Of a DNA stretch of 64,000 nt, positions 11,601 to 24,304 are shown piece by piece. Source of the DNA: Nymphaea colorata (Eukaryota); assembly GCF_008831285.2 (NCBI RefSeq), contig NC_045138.2, positions 22,010,001-22,074,000 on the forward strand. Reading direction: 5' to 3'. The stretch's first letter is position 1; each line of letters opens with the position of its first letter. The notes under the pieces are model-generated. The model saw only the letters and a list, made by a program, of their open reading frames with translations, was not told where the DNA came from and made no database searches. A program made the translations under genes and the position numbers.

Positions 11601-14600
11601 ATCTTTACTGAGTTTTGTGTACAGAGGAGCAGTGTTAGACTATGAAGATTCTAGTTCTTATTTTCATGGGCATGCTAATCATTGTTATTTATGATCACAT
11701 TTAAGTGGTCCATGTTCTGTGCTTTTCAACACTATATGTATTGCATTGTTATTCTCTTAACCAGTTTCAGAGCTAAAACTCTCTAGTTCTTAACTGTAAT
11801 CCATGTTAAGATGCGCCACAGCCTTTGTGCATGAAGAATGCCTGTAATTATCACAATCCTATCTTTTGGTTTGGTGTTGAACCTAACTGATGATTTCTGA
11901 ATCCTGCACGAAAGATGTGGACAAAGCTGTCAGGCATTCACTTTTGCTTTAGCAGCTGCTTGTTGAAACTCTCTCTCTCTCTCTCTCTCTCCACATAAGT
12001 TAATAATTTTTGATGCAATGGTGTCTTGTGGAAAACGGTTGTTATAGTTAAAAATAGCTGCCAGTAACCATAATTTTCTGCTGCCCACTAGTAATATCTT
12101 CTAGAACAAATCGGTTATTGATAAGTTGTTTGCTATGACATGTAATTAGAATTTGCAGCTGATAATTTAGAGTTCTGCCGGATCATACATCCACCTCTTA
12201 GCTTACTCTAAGAGCTAACATCAATGTGAGTGCAACTGTGCATGTGTTTGGTGCCATTGTAGCCACTTCATGTGCAAAATTGGGCAACCTAGATGCTTCG
12301 ATATGCTTCTGTGACTATGTCTGCATTCCACACCATAGTTTGTTTAAGGGATGTTTAATTCAAAGCAAAAAAAATTCATAGGCAAAACTTTTGTATAGAA
12401 AACCTTTTCTAGATTGAAATTCTTGTCTAGGAAGACGTTTTTCATGTTTAATTGATAGGAAACAAAGAAGGGGTCATTTAGCTTACGCAAAATTTTTACC
12501 CTCATCAAGGAAGGAGAAACTATTATCCAGAACATATGCAAAGAATAGACAAAGGGCAAAAATTTGGTTATGCCTCGTTTGATCGAAATAGGAAAAATAG
12601 GTGAGGGGCACAACTTTTGGCAGAATTTTTTGTCACAAAAGTTTTGCCTAGTTACCAGAAAAGGTTGTAGGGAACTATACGCAGATGTGTAAAGGAGAAG
12701 AGGACAAAGGCAAAAACGTTACCAGCACCTTGAATTTCCATGATAAGAAATGTGGTACAATAACACTAACCTATGTAACTATGTTGTCAATGATTTGGCC
12801 CCTAGGCTCGTAGGCTTAGTTGATCACTTGGGCTACCTGGTTTTATATTGCCTACCATTTAAAAATGCCTAGAATATTGCTTAGGTGCTCAATAGCTTAT
12901 ATTTTGGGTACACAATGCTAATATGAACTATGATTATCATTGAGGATTTTTTGTTCCTTTTTTTAATTATATTAATATTTTTATGTTCTGGTTTTTCATA
13001 GAGATCTCACACTTAACGCTAAGGTAACGTTTGATCTCTTGGAAATATAGAAATGGAAACAAGTTTTTTCAGGAATTGGTGAAATGGAATCAAAATCCAG
13101 ATTTCCAAAACCCCTTTATGTTTGCTGGACTTGGTCACTTGGGTTTATGTTCCATAGGTGGAGGGTTTCACGCTCTAAAACCCTCTGCCTTGAGGCAGAG
13201 GATGTGGAGAGTTTTCAGACGTAGGAAACACCCTCCGTTGGGGAGGTTTTACAGGTAGAGCATGCGGAGGGTTTCGGCGGAGAAACGCGGATCTGCTTGG
13301 TGGAGGGTTTTAGAGGTGAGGGAGGGTGGTGGATGGTTTCCTTTGAGGTGAGGGAGGACGGCAGATGGTTTCCTATGAGGTGAGAGAAGGCAGCTGTGAT
13401 TGCAAGAAGGAGGCTGCTTGGGTGAGGCTGCAAGATGATGGCTAGCCCAACAGGCATTTTTTTTGTCCAGGAAAACTTGTCCCCACCTCGAGATGGGACA
13501 AAAATTCCGGAAACAAATATCCCAAATCAAATTTAGCAGTAACAAATTTCATCCCCAGATTGATGCGGAGGGAAATTTCTTAAAAATTTGAATTTTATTT
13601 AACGGGCTATGGGAAATTTCCTTCCCATCAAACGCCCCCTAGGGAAATGGTAAGATTTTCCATGCTTTATAACATTGAAAACCACTGATATTTACTTGTA
13701 GTTTTTTCTTGTGCTATATACCTTGTAAACTTAGTTGTTCAACTTCATTTTGACCTTTCAAACTTTTAATTATGTTTATTATCATGTTATGAAATGTTTA
13801 ATGTTTATATGTTGTGGTGCATTTTAATTGTTCTATTATTATAAATCATAGTTAATAGGCTTTCCATTGAGAAATGTTTCAGTTTCATTTTTTGATTTTG
13901 ACAATTAAATATTGCATTTTATTGGTTTCCTTTTTTTTGTTGTGGCCTGCTTAATATATGAAGTTTTGTCTAGGTTTGCTTATGATTTTAAGAGCATTAT
14001 CTATATATATAATATGACTTAGTGTGTGTTTATCTAAATTACTTTTTATTATTTTAACAATCTTCATGTGACTGTATATAACTGTGTCTGTGTTTATGTA
14101 TGTGACAATATATAGTAACACTTAGTATCGCATATTATTAATTTCTGTGTTTTTCTTTTGTTTGCATCTCTTAAAGTGCCTAGTCCAGCCTAAGCATGCT
14201 TAATCTCTAGGCTCTACTCATTGTCTAGGCATTGCATGACCCTTTTAAAAAGTATTGGTTCTTATTACAAATTTATAATGCTTCTGTACCTGATTGCAGA
14301 TGGTTATTGATTCGTCTTATGGTCAAGATGAGGTCGAGGTTATAGGTGATAGGACAACTCATTTGTTTTCCTTTTGCTTTTTAATTTAGATGGACTTATT
14401 TTGAAAGCTTCCGTAGCTATGAGATCTATGTTATTAATCTTGAAGCAGAATATTTAGGCAACTATTCGATTTAAGCATTTTATGTTGATTATATCAAATG
14501 TAGTTAAAAGTGTTATCCAAACCCTAGGCATTGAGTAGAGTCTAGATTAGGCATTTTAAGCAGTACAAAAACAAGGAAAAGATAATGCATTTATACACTC

Positions 14601-17600
14601 ATGGAATATGAGGACTGATCTATGAACCATCTCATGAAATATGTGGAATAAGTAAATGTGAGGACTAGGTAAGCTGATTCATGAGCCGCCCAATATATTC
14701 AGTTGATGGTTCAAACTTCAAATAGTGTCATGTTAAAGTCAAAAACACCCACTTGAAAAGTATTTTTTTACGTGGTACCTTATGTTCAATCAACAAGTTG
14801 ATCGTATAACTCAATCAGTAAAGAATTCTCAGACTACTTGCTTCACATATTCCATGGCCCTATGTATATAGCCACACACATTGTCACATAGATATTGTTA
14901 TACATAGACAGAAGAAGAAGAAGAAAAATAAGAAGAAGAAGAAGAAGCAATTCAAACAAACCAACAAAAAATGGATGATGATAAGAGGAGAAGAAGAAGA
15001 AGGATGAGAAAAAAAGAACAAGACAGAAGATGAACAATCACTTAAAAAAACCAAAAAGAAATGACAGGGAGCAAAACAAGTTTTTGTTACATACCTGATG
15101 TATCTGCTGCAGTGCAAGTCTAACAAGTCTTCTGTCTCTCTCATGCATGTATACTAGGCAATACACTTTTTTTTTTCATGCTTTCTAACAAAATTACATT
15201 GGTTTTGCAAATGTGCTTTACAGTGTTTCCTTTTCTTTACAAATTAATAGTTTTGCTTTCTATTTCTCTCTAAAAAGGCTTAGAATATGTAATATTTGTT
15301 GACGGATCTTGGTGTATGGGTCCGGGTCTGGACCCGATCCAATATGTCCTTGTTAGGGCATACTTATATCATTGTAAACCCTAATCTAAAAGGTTAATGA
15401 AATCTTAAGAGAGAGAGAGTCTGGAAGCTAGTGGGTGCCAGTTCCTCCTCGTCCGTGGTTTTTTCCCTCTTGTTGAGGGTTTTTCCACGTTACATCGCGT
15501 TCATCATATTTATGTTCCTATATTTCGTGTTTCTACATGGTATCAGAGCCAACTTTTGTACTTTATATGTAACTAGCAACAGCCAACAACCCTGTTTTAC
15601 ACGACAGAACAAAGCATGTTGAGATTGATCGTCACTTCATTCGTGAAAGGATTGATGCTAAAGAGTTAATCTTACCTTACATGAAGTCTGAAGACCAAAC
15701 CGCTGATGTTCTGACGAAAGCTCTATCTTCAACTTCATTCGAGAGAAATGTATCCAAGTTGGGCATGTTTGATATGTATGCCCAACTTGAGGGGGAGTGT
15801 TGACGGATCTTGGTGTATGGGTCTGGGTCTAGACCCGATCCAATATGTCCTTGTTAGGGCATACTTATATCATTGTAAACCCTAATCTAAAAGGTTAATG
15901 AAATCTTAAGAGAGAGAGAGTCTGGAAGCTAGTGGGCGCCAGTTCCTCCTCGTCTGTGGTTTTTTCCCTCTTGTTGAGGGTTTTTCCACGTTACATCGCG
16001 TTCATCATATTCCTCTTCCTATATTTTGTGTTTCTACAATATTTAATGTGTTCTAAAAGGATTAGAATATCTATGGTTCACTTCACTTAGGTGCGATGGC
16101 ATGCCCAAGCAACAGTCTAGGCACTGTAAAGTTGTACGGATCTTGAGCCTAGGCAATGAAGGTGCCTGGCATACCTAGGCCGCCTTAGTGCAGGCATGCC
16201 TTCGACATCAAATGTTATATCTAGAATGTTTCAAATCTTTAAAGTAAAAATTTAGTGGCCATGACCTGCCTGCATGATGGCAACTAGGATTCTTGTGATT
16301 GAGTATGCCTAATTTAGTTATCAATATAGACTTCCTTGTTGAAGCTTCTATGTAGTTTAACGTGAGAAGGGTGTCATATGCACATACTATATGACTTGAA
16401 GAGCTTATTTCCAGATTCATCTGTTTTACAGGATTCAATGCAGCTGTTTCTGGTTGTTTTTTTGCTGTTGAATCTGTCTTATGGCCATCGCCGGAGGATT
16501 CTGTCTCATCAGTCACAAATGCAACATCTATGGTGATTCTAAGTGCAGTAATTGCATCTGTAATTTCTGAAGTTGGTCTAGGTTCAGCACCAGCTTTTGC
16601 AGTTCCTGATTATGACTTCAGATCTCCAAGTGGTATGCTTATTACTCCTTTTCAACTTCCTGAAGATTCATAGCTGAAAGTTGATCCCTTTTATGTCATT
16701 GCAGCTCTTTGTTTAAACCTTATTTCCTCTAATTCTTTCTTAAGAATTGTGAAGCAATTCTCCTGACTGAACTTATGGACAGAACTTCCATTGTATCTTT
16801 TTTTGGGTCTCATATGTGGAGTGGTCTCTGCTACCTTAACAAAGTGCACATCATATGCGTGCTCTGCTGTTGGAACATTACGAAAGAATACAAGCATACC
16901 AGCTGCTGCCTTTCCTATCATGGGTGGTCTATCAGTTGGAATTGTTGCCCTTATATATCCTGAAGTTCTTTATTGGGGCTTTGAGAATGTTGATATTTTA
17001 CTTGAATCAAGGCCATTTGTAAACGGTCTTCCTGCAGACCTATTGCTTCAGCTTGTTGTGGCAAAAATAGCAACAACTTCCTTGAGCCGTGCTTCAGGAT
17101 TGGTTGGGGGCTACTATGCACCATCACTATTCATTGGTGCAGCAACAGGAACGGCATATGGAAAAATTGTTAGCTATATAATTTCTCACTCTCATCCTAT
17201 ATTCCATCTCTCTGCTTTGGAAGTGGCATCTTCGCAAGCATATGGATTGGTAATTTATATTTTAAACTTTTTAGTTCACTCATGTAACTGTATAAACAAC
17301 TAGGCAGATGCTGAAATACCTTATTGGGACCAAAGGTTTGAAATAACTAATAAGCTTACCCATGTTGTCAAGATTATCTATTTCAATCTTAGTGGGCCCA
17401 TAGATTTGTAGGATTAACATTTTGCTTGTTACTCTTTCCTGTAGATGGAAGAAGGGAAGAAATGGTTTAAACATACACCTAATTTTGTTCATCATTACAC
17501 AAGTTGAACTTTGAGAACTAACATTTATGACTGACTACTTCTGGGACCACCTAAACCATGGGTTTGGATTTCAAAGATTGGCAGGGCATAGTATATTTTT

Positions 17601-20600
17601 TGTTATATTTGAACATATTTTATTATAATTCTTTCTCATGGCTGTCGTGTAAGCAATGTAAAATGTTTGTTTTTTTGCATTTCGTCCATCTGTTTAGCAA
17701 CTGATCTCATGTTTAATTTAGCATGGCCTCCTCTGCAGGTTGGTATGGCCGCTACACTTTCTGGCGTTTGTCAGGTTCCCTTAACATCTGTCTTGCTTCT
17801 CTTTGAGCTGACACAAGACTATCGCATTCTGCTTCCTTTATTGGGCGCTGTTGGATTGTCTTCATGGGTATCTTCTAGCTTGACTGAAAGGAAGGATGTG
17901 CAAGTTAATGCAAGGCCAAATAAATCATATGAAAAACCAGCGTCAGATCTGCAGTCAGTTATTTACACGAATGATGCGTCCTCTAATTCAGCTGTGAGTT
18001 CCGCCAGCAAAATTGTGTTCTCAAAGGATCTATTTGAACTTGAGAGTTCTCTATGTGTAGATAATCTCCATACTGAAGTTGGAGAGGTGGAAAAAGTGGT
18101 ACTGGTTGCACAAGCCATGAAGACAAGATATGTACATGTCTTCCTTGATACTCCATTAAATGAGGCTGTATCTCTCATGCTAATGGGAAAAGAATCTTGT
18201 GCTTTGATTGTTGACAGCACTAACATGTTGATAGGGATAGTCACTCTTGGGGACATTCAACTTTTCTGCAGTACGTCAAGGGTAATGGATCACTATCATC
18301 ATTAATTTGTTGAACAATTTCAACCAGCAATTTCCCCTTGAAAGACGCTTAGGCTTAGGCTTATTATTAAGAGCAATTTCCACTATCACCATCATGTAGT
18401 TGTTAAGAATAATTAGGGAGAACTAGTAGATTCTTAGCCTTGTTCTACACTTGTCTCTTTGTCATTACAGGAAACTAAGTGTTGAAAGAAGTAGTAGTGT
18501 TAGTTGGGTGGTTATTACACATTTAGAAAAATGGAGTGAGTGTTTTTTTCATAATTTTCCTTTATCATGTAGATCTAGTTGTAAATTGTTTACCACCTTC
18601 CTAATCTCTATTTTAGGGGAGGTTAAGGTTAGTCAAATGAAGAATTCTGTTCTCTCTCCCAAACGGTTGCATCACCATGTTTCATCTTATGGCTTATACA
18701 AGAGGTGTAAGTAACTATTAGAAGAAACTTTTACGAGACCTGTAGGAAAGATTATTGAAGTTGTTCAAGTTTGCTGATGCAATGGAGTTGGTTAGGCAAT
18801 TTACCTTCTAGATTCTTTGCTGAACATAAAGTGGTGATAGATTATGTTCTGTGGGAGAACAATACACATTGTGTAAATGTATGATATGCTTTTTTGAAAG
18901 CCCTCACCTCGCATCAATTTGAAGGGATAAATCGGCTAAGTTTTTGTGATTATTTTGTTATTGTTTCTACAGATGGAAAAGCCTCTAATATCTGATGTTT
19001 GGCAATCATGTGGGGGTCATTATCCAACAGTGTGGACTGCAGATCCTGATATGAACCTCTCTTCTGCACAAAGGATCATGAATAGACGTGGAGTGAAGCA
19101 GCTTCCAGTTGTTTCAAAGCATCCAACTGATGATCAGGGATGCTTAATCGGTCTTATTGACAGAGAGTGCATTGATCTTGTCAGCAGGTGAGTTCTCAAA
19201 TTCCTTCAGTGGTATGACCTGTTTTTGGTAAACGTTGTCTACTAGACAAATTACCTCTCCTATTGTAACTTATTGTCTATTCCTATTGCAACTCTTATTT
19301 CCTATTTAATTTTTTGTCATAAGAAATGGAAGGGAAGTCACTTCTCTCCCTCGTTGAGGAAAAATGAGATTGCTGTGAAAAGTGAAAACCCTTTTCATCA
19401 TGTTCATCTGCTGCATCTGAACAGCATGTTGTTTATGAATGGAATTCACATGTTCTATAGAAATGTACAATGGAGAATAGCATATGATTAAGCATTCTAG
19501 GGAACATCAAGTTCTTGCCATGTCCAAACATACCTATGATGCAAATATAGCACATAATTGGAGCCGTTCCTGTTGTCAATGTAGGCTACATGACTAGGTT
19601 CTTAAGCTCCTCTTTTCTCCTTGATACATGACACACACTGCTGCCTTGCTTGAGTCACTCCATAAGATGGATAGAGTTATTGGGCAGCTAAGTTAAGGCA
19701 ACCAAAGCTCATTTTACAGGCTTCATGGTGGGGATTGAGGGGCAGAGACAAAGCTTTGGCCCCTCAAACTCCCAGGTAGTGAATCAGAGCGAGGCCTAAA
19801 TTGGCACCCCATTTAGCTCAACAGCACTCCTAGCTCCTCTGTTAATTGGTTGATTGACGGAAAACGAGAGGCCCTTTTTACGTTGCAGTGTTACTCTATC
19901 CATTAATGATGCAAACACTCCCGCTGGTTCCCCTATTGAATAATATGGTTGCCTGGAAAACGTATTTCATAGCCTTCTGAATCTTGTTATAACATAGTTA
20001 GTGTTTGGAAGGTGTGGACATAGCTTGGTGGTCTTTGGTAATGAAATATTACCACCGGTTCTGAATGATTAATATGTTGCGTGTTGGGCACATCCACTAA
20101 TTACAGTGATATAAGGGCTTGGGCTCATTTAACGAGACTTGAAATTTCACATGTCCAGGCAACACATATGCTCCCCTACTTCCTTCTCTCCCCTTTCATC
20201 GCTGGAGGATAATTTTGTTGCCTATTCATCCTTAGTTTATTTCTATCAGTTCTTCCTACCTAGCTTCCTGTTGACATTGTTATTCATCTACTAGCTACTG
20301 CTTGATCCTTAGGGTGATTTCCTCTCAGTTGCTGTTGCCTTCATCCCCTGAAATTTTCCTGGTGTTCGTGCGACTGTTGCTTGATTCCTTACCATCTACT
20401 GAGTTCTGTCAAGCATAACCAGGGATCAGTTTATGCTGACCCTGCCACTGAATTCTGTCAAGTATAAACAGGAATCAGTTTATGGTCATCCTACCTTTTA
20501 TGTCTCTCCATAATTAGTTGTATTTTTGTTTGAATTCCATTTTTCTCAGCTACATAAGCTCTCAACCTGATTACCATTTTCATTCTTTAAATTTACTGTT

Positions 20601-20839
20601 TTGCTTCTCCATTTATCGTGGAATTCCTCTCCTCTTTTGTTGTTCAATCAGCAGGGATCAAGGCCCCCATGATGCAGGCCCATCTTGTCACAGCACCAAC
20701 CCTGAACACATGACCGGTAAGGGTAGGCATCAGCCTGGGACTAGTCACCAATGCGACGCACAGGCTGAAATTCACATGCTTGGCCCAGGCCCAATAAAAT
20801 AACTGGCTGGTTGTCCTAAGGGCCTAATGGGGTGCCTGG

Positions 20840-20874
<35 letters not shown>

Positions 20875-22194
20875 TCTCCATATGGGTTTGGATGGAGAAA
20901 TCCTTCGGCCTATATATATATATATAAGTAATTCTTACATCCCAGACCCACTAGTTCAGGGATGAAAATGTTAGCAGCCACCTGTTAACTACCTCCTCTT
21001 ACAAGGTAAGTCCACACAAACTCACTCACATGCGCTGCCCTAACCCAGTTAGAGCAACCCCCTCACCAGAGGAGAGACCTCGTTTCATCCGATAACCCTA
21101 ATAACCCCCCAACTCCCTTATTTATAGTAATCTTCTGGGTCAGTCCAGGAGACCCAATATAGACCTGATTCTCCATCTGAACCCTAGACTGTAACATTAC
21201 TCCCTCCTTCGAAAAACACCTTATCCTCAAGGTGTAAGAGTTTGATAAGGAACCATTGTTGGATGGGGCTAGTCCTTCCCACCAGTGTTGTGCTGCATTT
21301 TGTGCTATCCATGCAATCAGTGTGCCCCAAGCTGAAGATTGCAACTCTGTTACCAATTTAATTGTTCTCAGCACAGCAAGGAACTAATCTTCACTTGCAT
21401 TTGCAAAGCTGTCAATGACATCAACAAGAACTCGATTAAGAGTTGCATTTGATCTGCAGGGTTCCTTGTGATCTCCACTATCAACTATGCAGTAGGGGAT
21501 GAGTGGCAATGAATCCAGGCTGCATCACTTCCAGTGAATCAAAACAACTTGCTGGCGAGCTAGCATTCCTATTGCAAGAAGCTCATTGATACAGTCAAGA
21601 AACTTGTTCGCTAAAGAATCCAATATGATTCTCGTTTCTGACTCTACAACTATAGGATTGGAGTGTGGCGACATGAATCTGTGAGGCCTTACATAACTGA
21701 TGTGATCATACTGACTGGAGTCCATCAGAATCTGATCAGCTGAGTGTGTTTGTCACATGGCAGCATTTTTTCTGCCTTGGCTGGTTTAGAAGACCAGTTT
21801 TAGTTCATAAAATTTAACTTGTTTTCTACTAGTTTTCATCACATTAGTTGATTGGTTTTCATGATCACCGAAGTTTGTGAACAAGTGCATGCAGTATGGA
21901 CTATGGAGTGCTTAGGCAGTTTGTGAGTTTACTTTATTTAGCATCATGTAACATGAACTTAATGGATGAGAAACTATAGTCACGATTACTGCCCCCTCCT
22001 CCTAGCATGCATTTTCTTGCGTTTATTCTCTCCTGTTCAAGGGACTTCCAATGTCTTTATTTTTACATTTGTCTTTCATGCTCTTTTAAGTGGTAGCTAG
22101 AACCTTTCTTATTGCTTCTCTTTTGATATGTGACAGGGTGATAGCAACAAAAGAACTTCTTACTCTTCGTCCTACACACGAATCAGAGTCCTGA
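8676..22194 (+). CDS. CLC-e: Chloride channel CLC-e (plastid-type CLC with two CBS domains). Exons 8676-9218, 10636-11026, 16432-16632, 16783-17249, 17739-18281, 18973-19187, 22137-22194
   Basis: GT-AG phase-compatible exons; motifs GNSLGPEGPSVEIG, GFNAAVSGCFFAVESVL (Ser at proton-glutamate site, as in CLC-e), YWGFENVDILLESRPF, GGYYAPSLFIG, CBS pair; Ser/Pro-rich transit-peptide-like N-terminus. Last exon (RVIATKELL..ES*) slightly less certain. Confidence 0.92.
8904..9065 (+). repeat. In-frame 81-bp tandem duplication in CLC-e exon 1
   Basis: ASVGTDKNETTGQEEEEGEESSTSSVT / ASLGTDKKETTGQEEEEGEESSTSSVT (8904-8984, 8985-9065). Confidence 0.95.
13023..13639. mobile_element. Possible PIF/Harbinger (Tourist-like) non-autonomous element in CLC-e intron 2
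   Basis: Imperfect TIRs GGTAACGTTTGAT / ATCAAACGCCCCC, flanked by TAA and TAG; GC-richer interior. Confidence 0.4.
15297..16038 (+). mobile_element. Miniature Ty1/copia LTR element (TRIM-like deletion derivative)
   Basis: 241-bp LTRs TGTTGACGG...TTCTACA (15297-15537, 15798-16038; ~8 mismatches); TSD ATATT; PBS TGGTATCAGAGCC 15538-15550; PPT TGAGGGGGAG 15788-15797; internal copia RNase H tail ANNPVLHDRTKHVEIDRHFIRE...DQTADVLTKAL. Confidence 0.95.
20933..21240 (-). mobile_element. Truncated Ty3/gypsy remnant: pol tail, PPT and one ~264-bp LTR
   Basis: Minus strand HLEDKVFFEGGSNV with purine tract GAAGGAGGGAG running into TGTTACA (21196); internal TATAAATA; far end TGTAAGA (near-inverted terminus) next to a TA microsatellite. 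Confidence 0.65.
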
Positions 22195-22352
22195 TGTTGG
22201 AGTCCAGGGTTTCAAGTTATCTTGTGAAAATGATGAAATGATTATGGGATGCAACAGTCAGAGTGTGGCGACATGAATCTGTGAGGCATTACATAACTGA
22301 TGTCATCATACTGACTGGAGTCCATCAGAATCTGATCAGCTGAGTGTGTTTG
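21661..22352 (+). repeat. 92-bp direct repeat pair (21661-21752 and 22261-22352)
   Basis: GAGTGTGGCGACATGAATC...GCTGAGTGTGTTTG twice, 2 mismatches, 600 bp apart, flanking the last CLC-e coding exon. Confidence 0.95.
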
Positions 22353-22839
22353 CCGATCAATATTCTGGAATCAGCACTAGCATTGGTGGGTCACTGTTTG
22401 AGAGCTGGAGCCCTCATTTGTTGAAATTTCACATTTTTCCTTCGACACTTCCAACTGATCATAATCCGGAGACTACAGGGTTAAAAAGAAATAACAGGAT
22501 GGCCTTGGCCCATTTGGGTACTGATTCTCACGTTACCTAAAATAAACAGGTGGTTCTCTCATATTTATCTCTAGAAAACATGTCTTGATGAAATTCTTTG
22601 TAAATCCCAACAGTCCCGATCTGTTATATTTCATTGTTCTGACAATCCCTTTGGGGACTCAATTTTTTAGGTAGATATAATTGCATATAAACTGTGATTG
22701 GGTTTCGTTGTAGTCATGTTTATTGAACCAATAAATGAGAATTGCGTAGGTTTTTTGTATGACAGTCTATTGGAAATAAAGTTACCATGATATTCTAATA
22801 AATTGTGTATATTCAAAGCCCAAACTGTAATAGGATTAT

Positions 22840-22840
<1 letters not shown>

Positions 22841-22889
<49 letters not shown>

Positions 22890-22896
22890 TGTGTGT
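22841..22896. repeat. Compound (CT)n(GT)n microsatellite
   Basis: Directly visible. Confidence 0.95.
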
Positions 22897-24304
22897 ATAT
22901 GCAGGAAAACATAGATCTGGAAGAGTTTGACACTTGGATGACTGCACAAAATATGGAAAAAGGTAAAAATTTTGTTAGCCACGCAAGTTTTTATATGGCG
23001 CGCATGGTTGGTCGGCTGTTGAGGCACTTGAACGTAAAGAAATTGACTCATGTTCCAGCGCATTTGATTTTAAAGTAATTCATGTTCATAGTATCCTTAG
23101 CTTTTAATTTGCAAAATTTTCAGATGGCATTAAAAAAAAAGGTTATTTACAGTCAACTCTTATATTGCGGAAGACATTTGGTGATCGCGAAGATGCGAAA
23201 AAGTAAAAATTGCGCTAGTTTTTACCACAGCTTGAACGTGTTAGTATCAGATAACAGCTTCAAAACAAGTTCAGTTTCAGTTGCAAGTTCGTTTGAGTAT
23301 GTACCAGGACTTGGAATATTCGTTGAAATAAATCCAGCTTTTGAAGATTCAAGCCAGCACTCGCACACGTGTTCTTAGGTTTCAGTCTGTATTGGGCTTT
23401 CCCAAGAATTTGGAATAAGTCTATGGGCTAATAAACTGATAATAAATATTACTGGCTGTGTTTACATGCTCAACATTGAGATCCTCTGCCAAGTTCTAGC
23501 CACCGGAAGACCACCTCGACGATGATAACCAAAGGAATGAATTCGGGCAATCTGACAGTAAAAATGAACATGAAATAGTTGGAGATTTGTATATCACATA
23601 TAGTGTTTTTCACAAATGCGAAGAATATATGGCAGCTTATTACAGACATACTACATTTGCAGAGGGGGTTCCACTGTGGAAGGAAGCACAACCACCAATT
23701 AACCGCATACAGCAGAATTCTCCCCTGGATAGAACACATACCGCTGCCTTTATCCATTTTTTCCGGCGACGCGACGTGGAGCTAGAAGAACAAGAAAAAT
23801 AGCAGGGATGGACACAGAGCACAGCAGTAGTAAACAGGCCATCAAGGCAGAAGAACTGATCCTAAAAATTTTCGGGTCCTTTCCCCCCTCCTCCCTCCCC
23901 CCCACCAACCCACCTGCCGTGTTCCGACCCACCGGGCAGGACCTGCCCCTTTATTCCGATGAAATCAATATAAAGATCAACGGCAATAATATAACGAACA
24001 AAAGTTGACCTTCGACTCCTCATGGACAACTAATAAAGAATCACGAAGCTGCACACAGGAAACTTACACGCTTTTTTTTTTTTCTTTTTCTGGTCGCCTT
24101 CTGCCGGAAAAATCATCTATCAGTTACAGGATCTGGGCATCGATCAACTCCGGCCAGACCTATACGGATTGCAAAACGTAGCCTTCGGATGTCTCTAGCT
24201 ATTGCACCTCACCAGCCACTTGTGCGGCAAGTCAATCACATCCTCAAGCAACTTCCACAGACTAGCTTCTTCTTCCTTTGTAGCAAGATTACAGCTCCCT
24301 CCAA

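Noticed and set aside
23470..24008. Short ORFs between CLC-e and CesA
   Set aside because: No recognisable homology; probably CesA 3' UTR and intergenic DNA.
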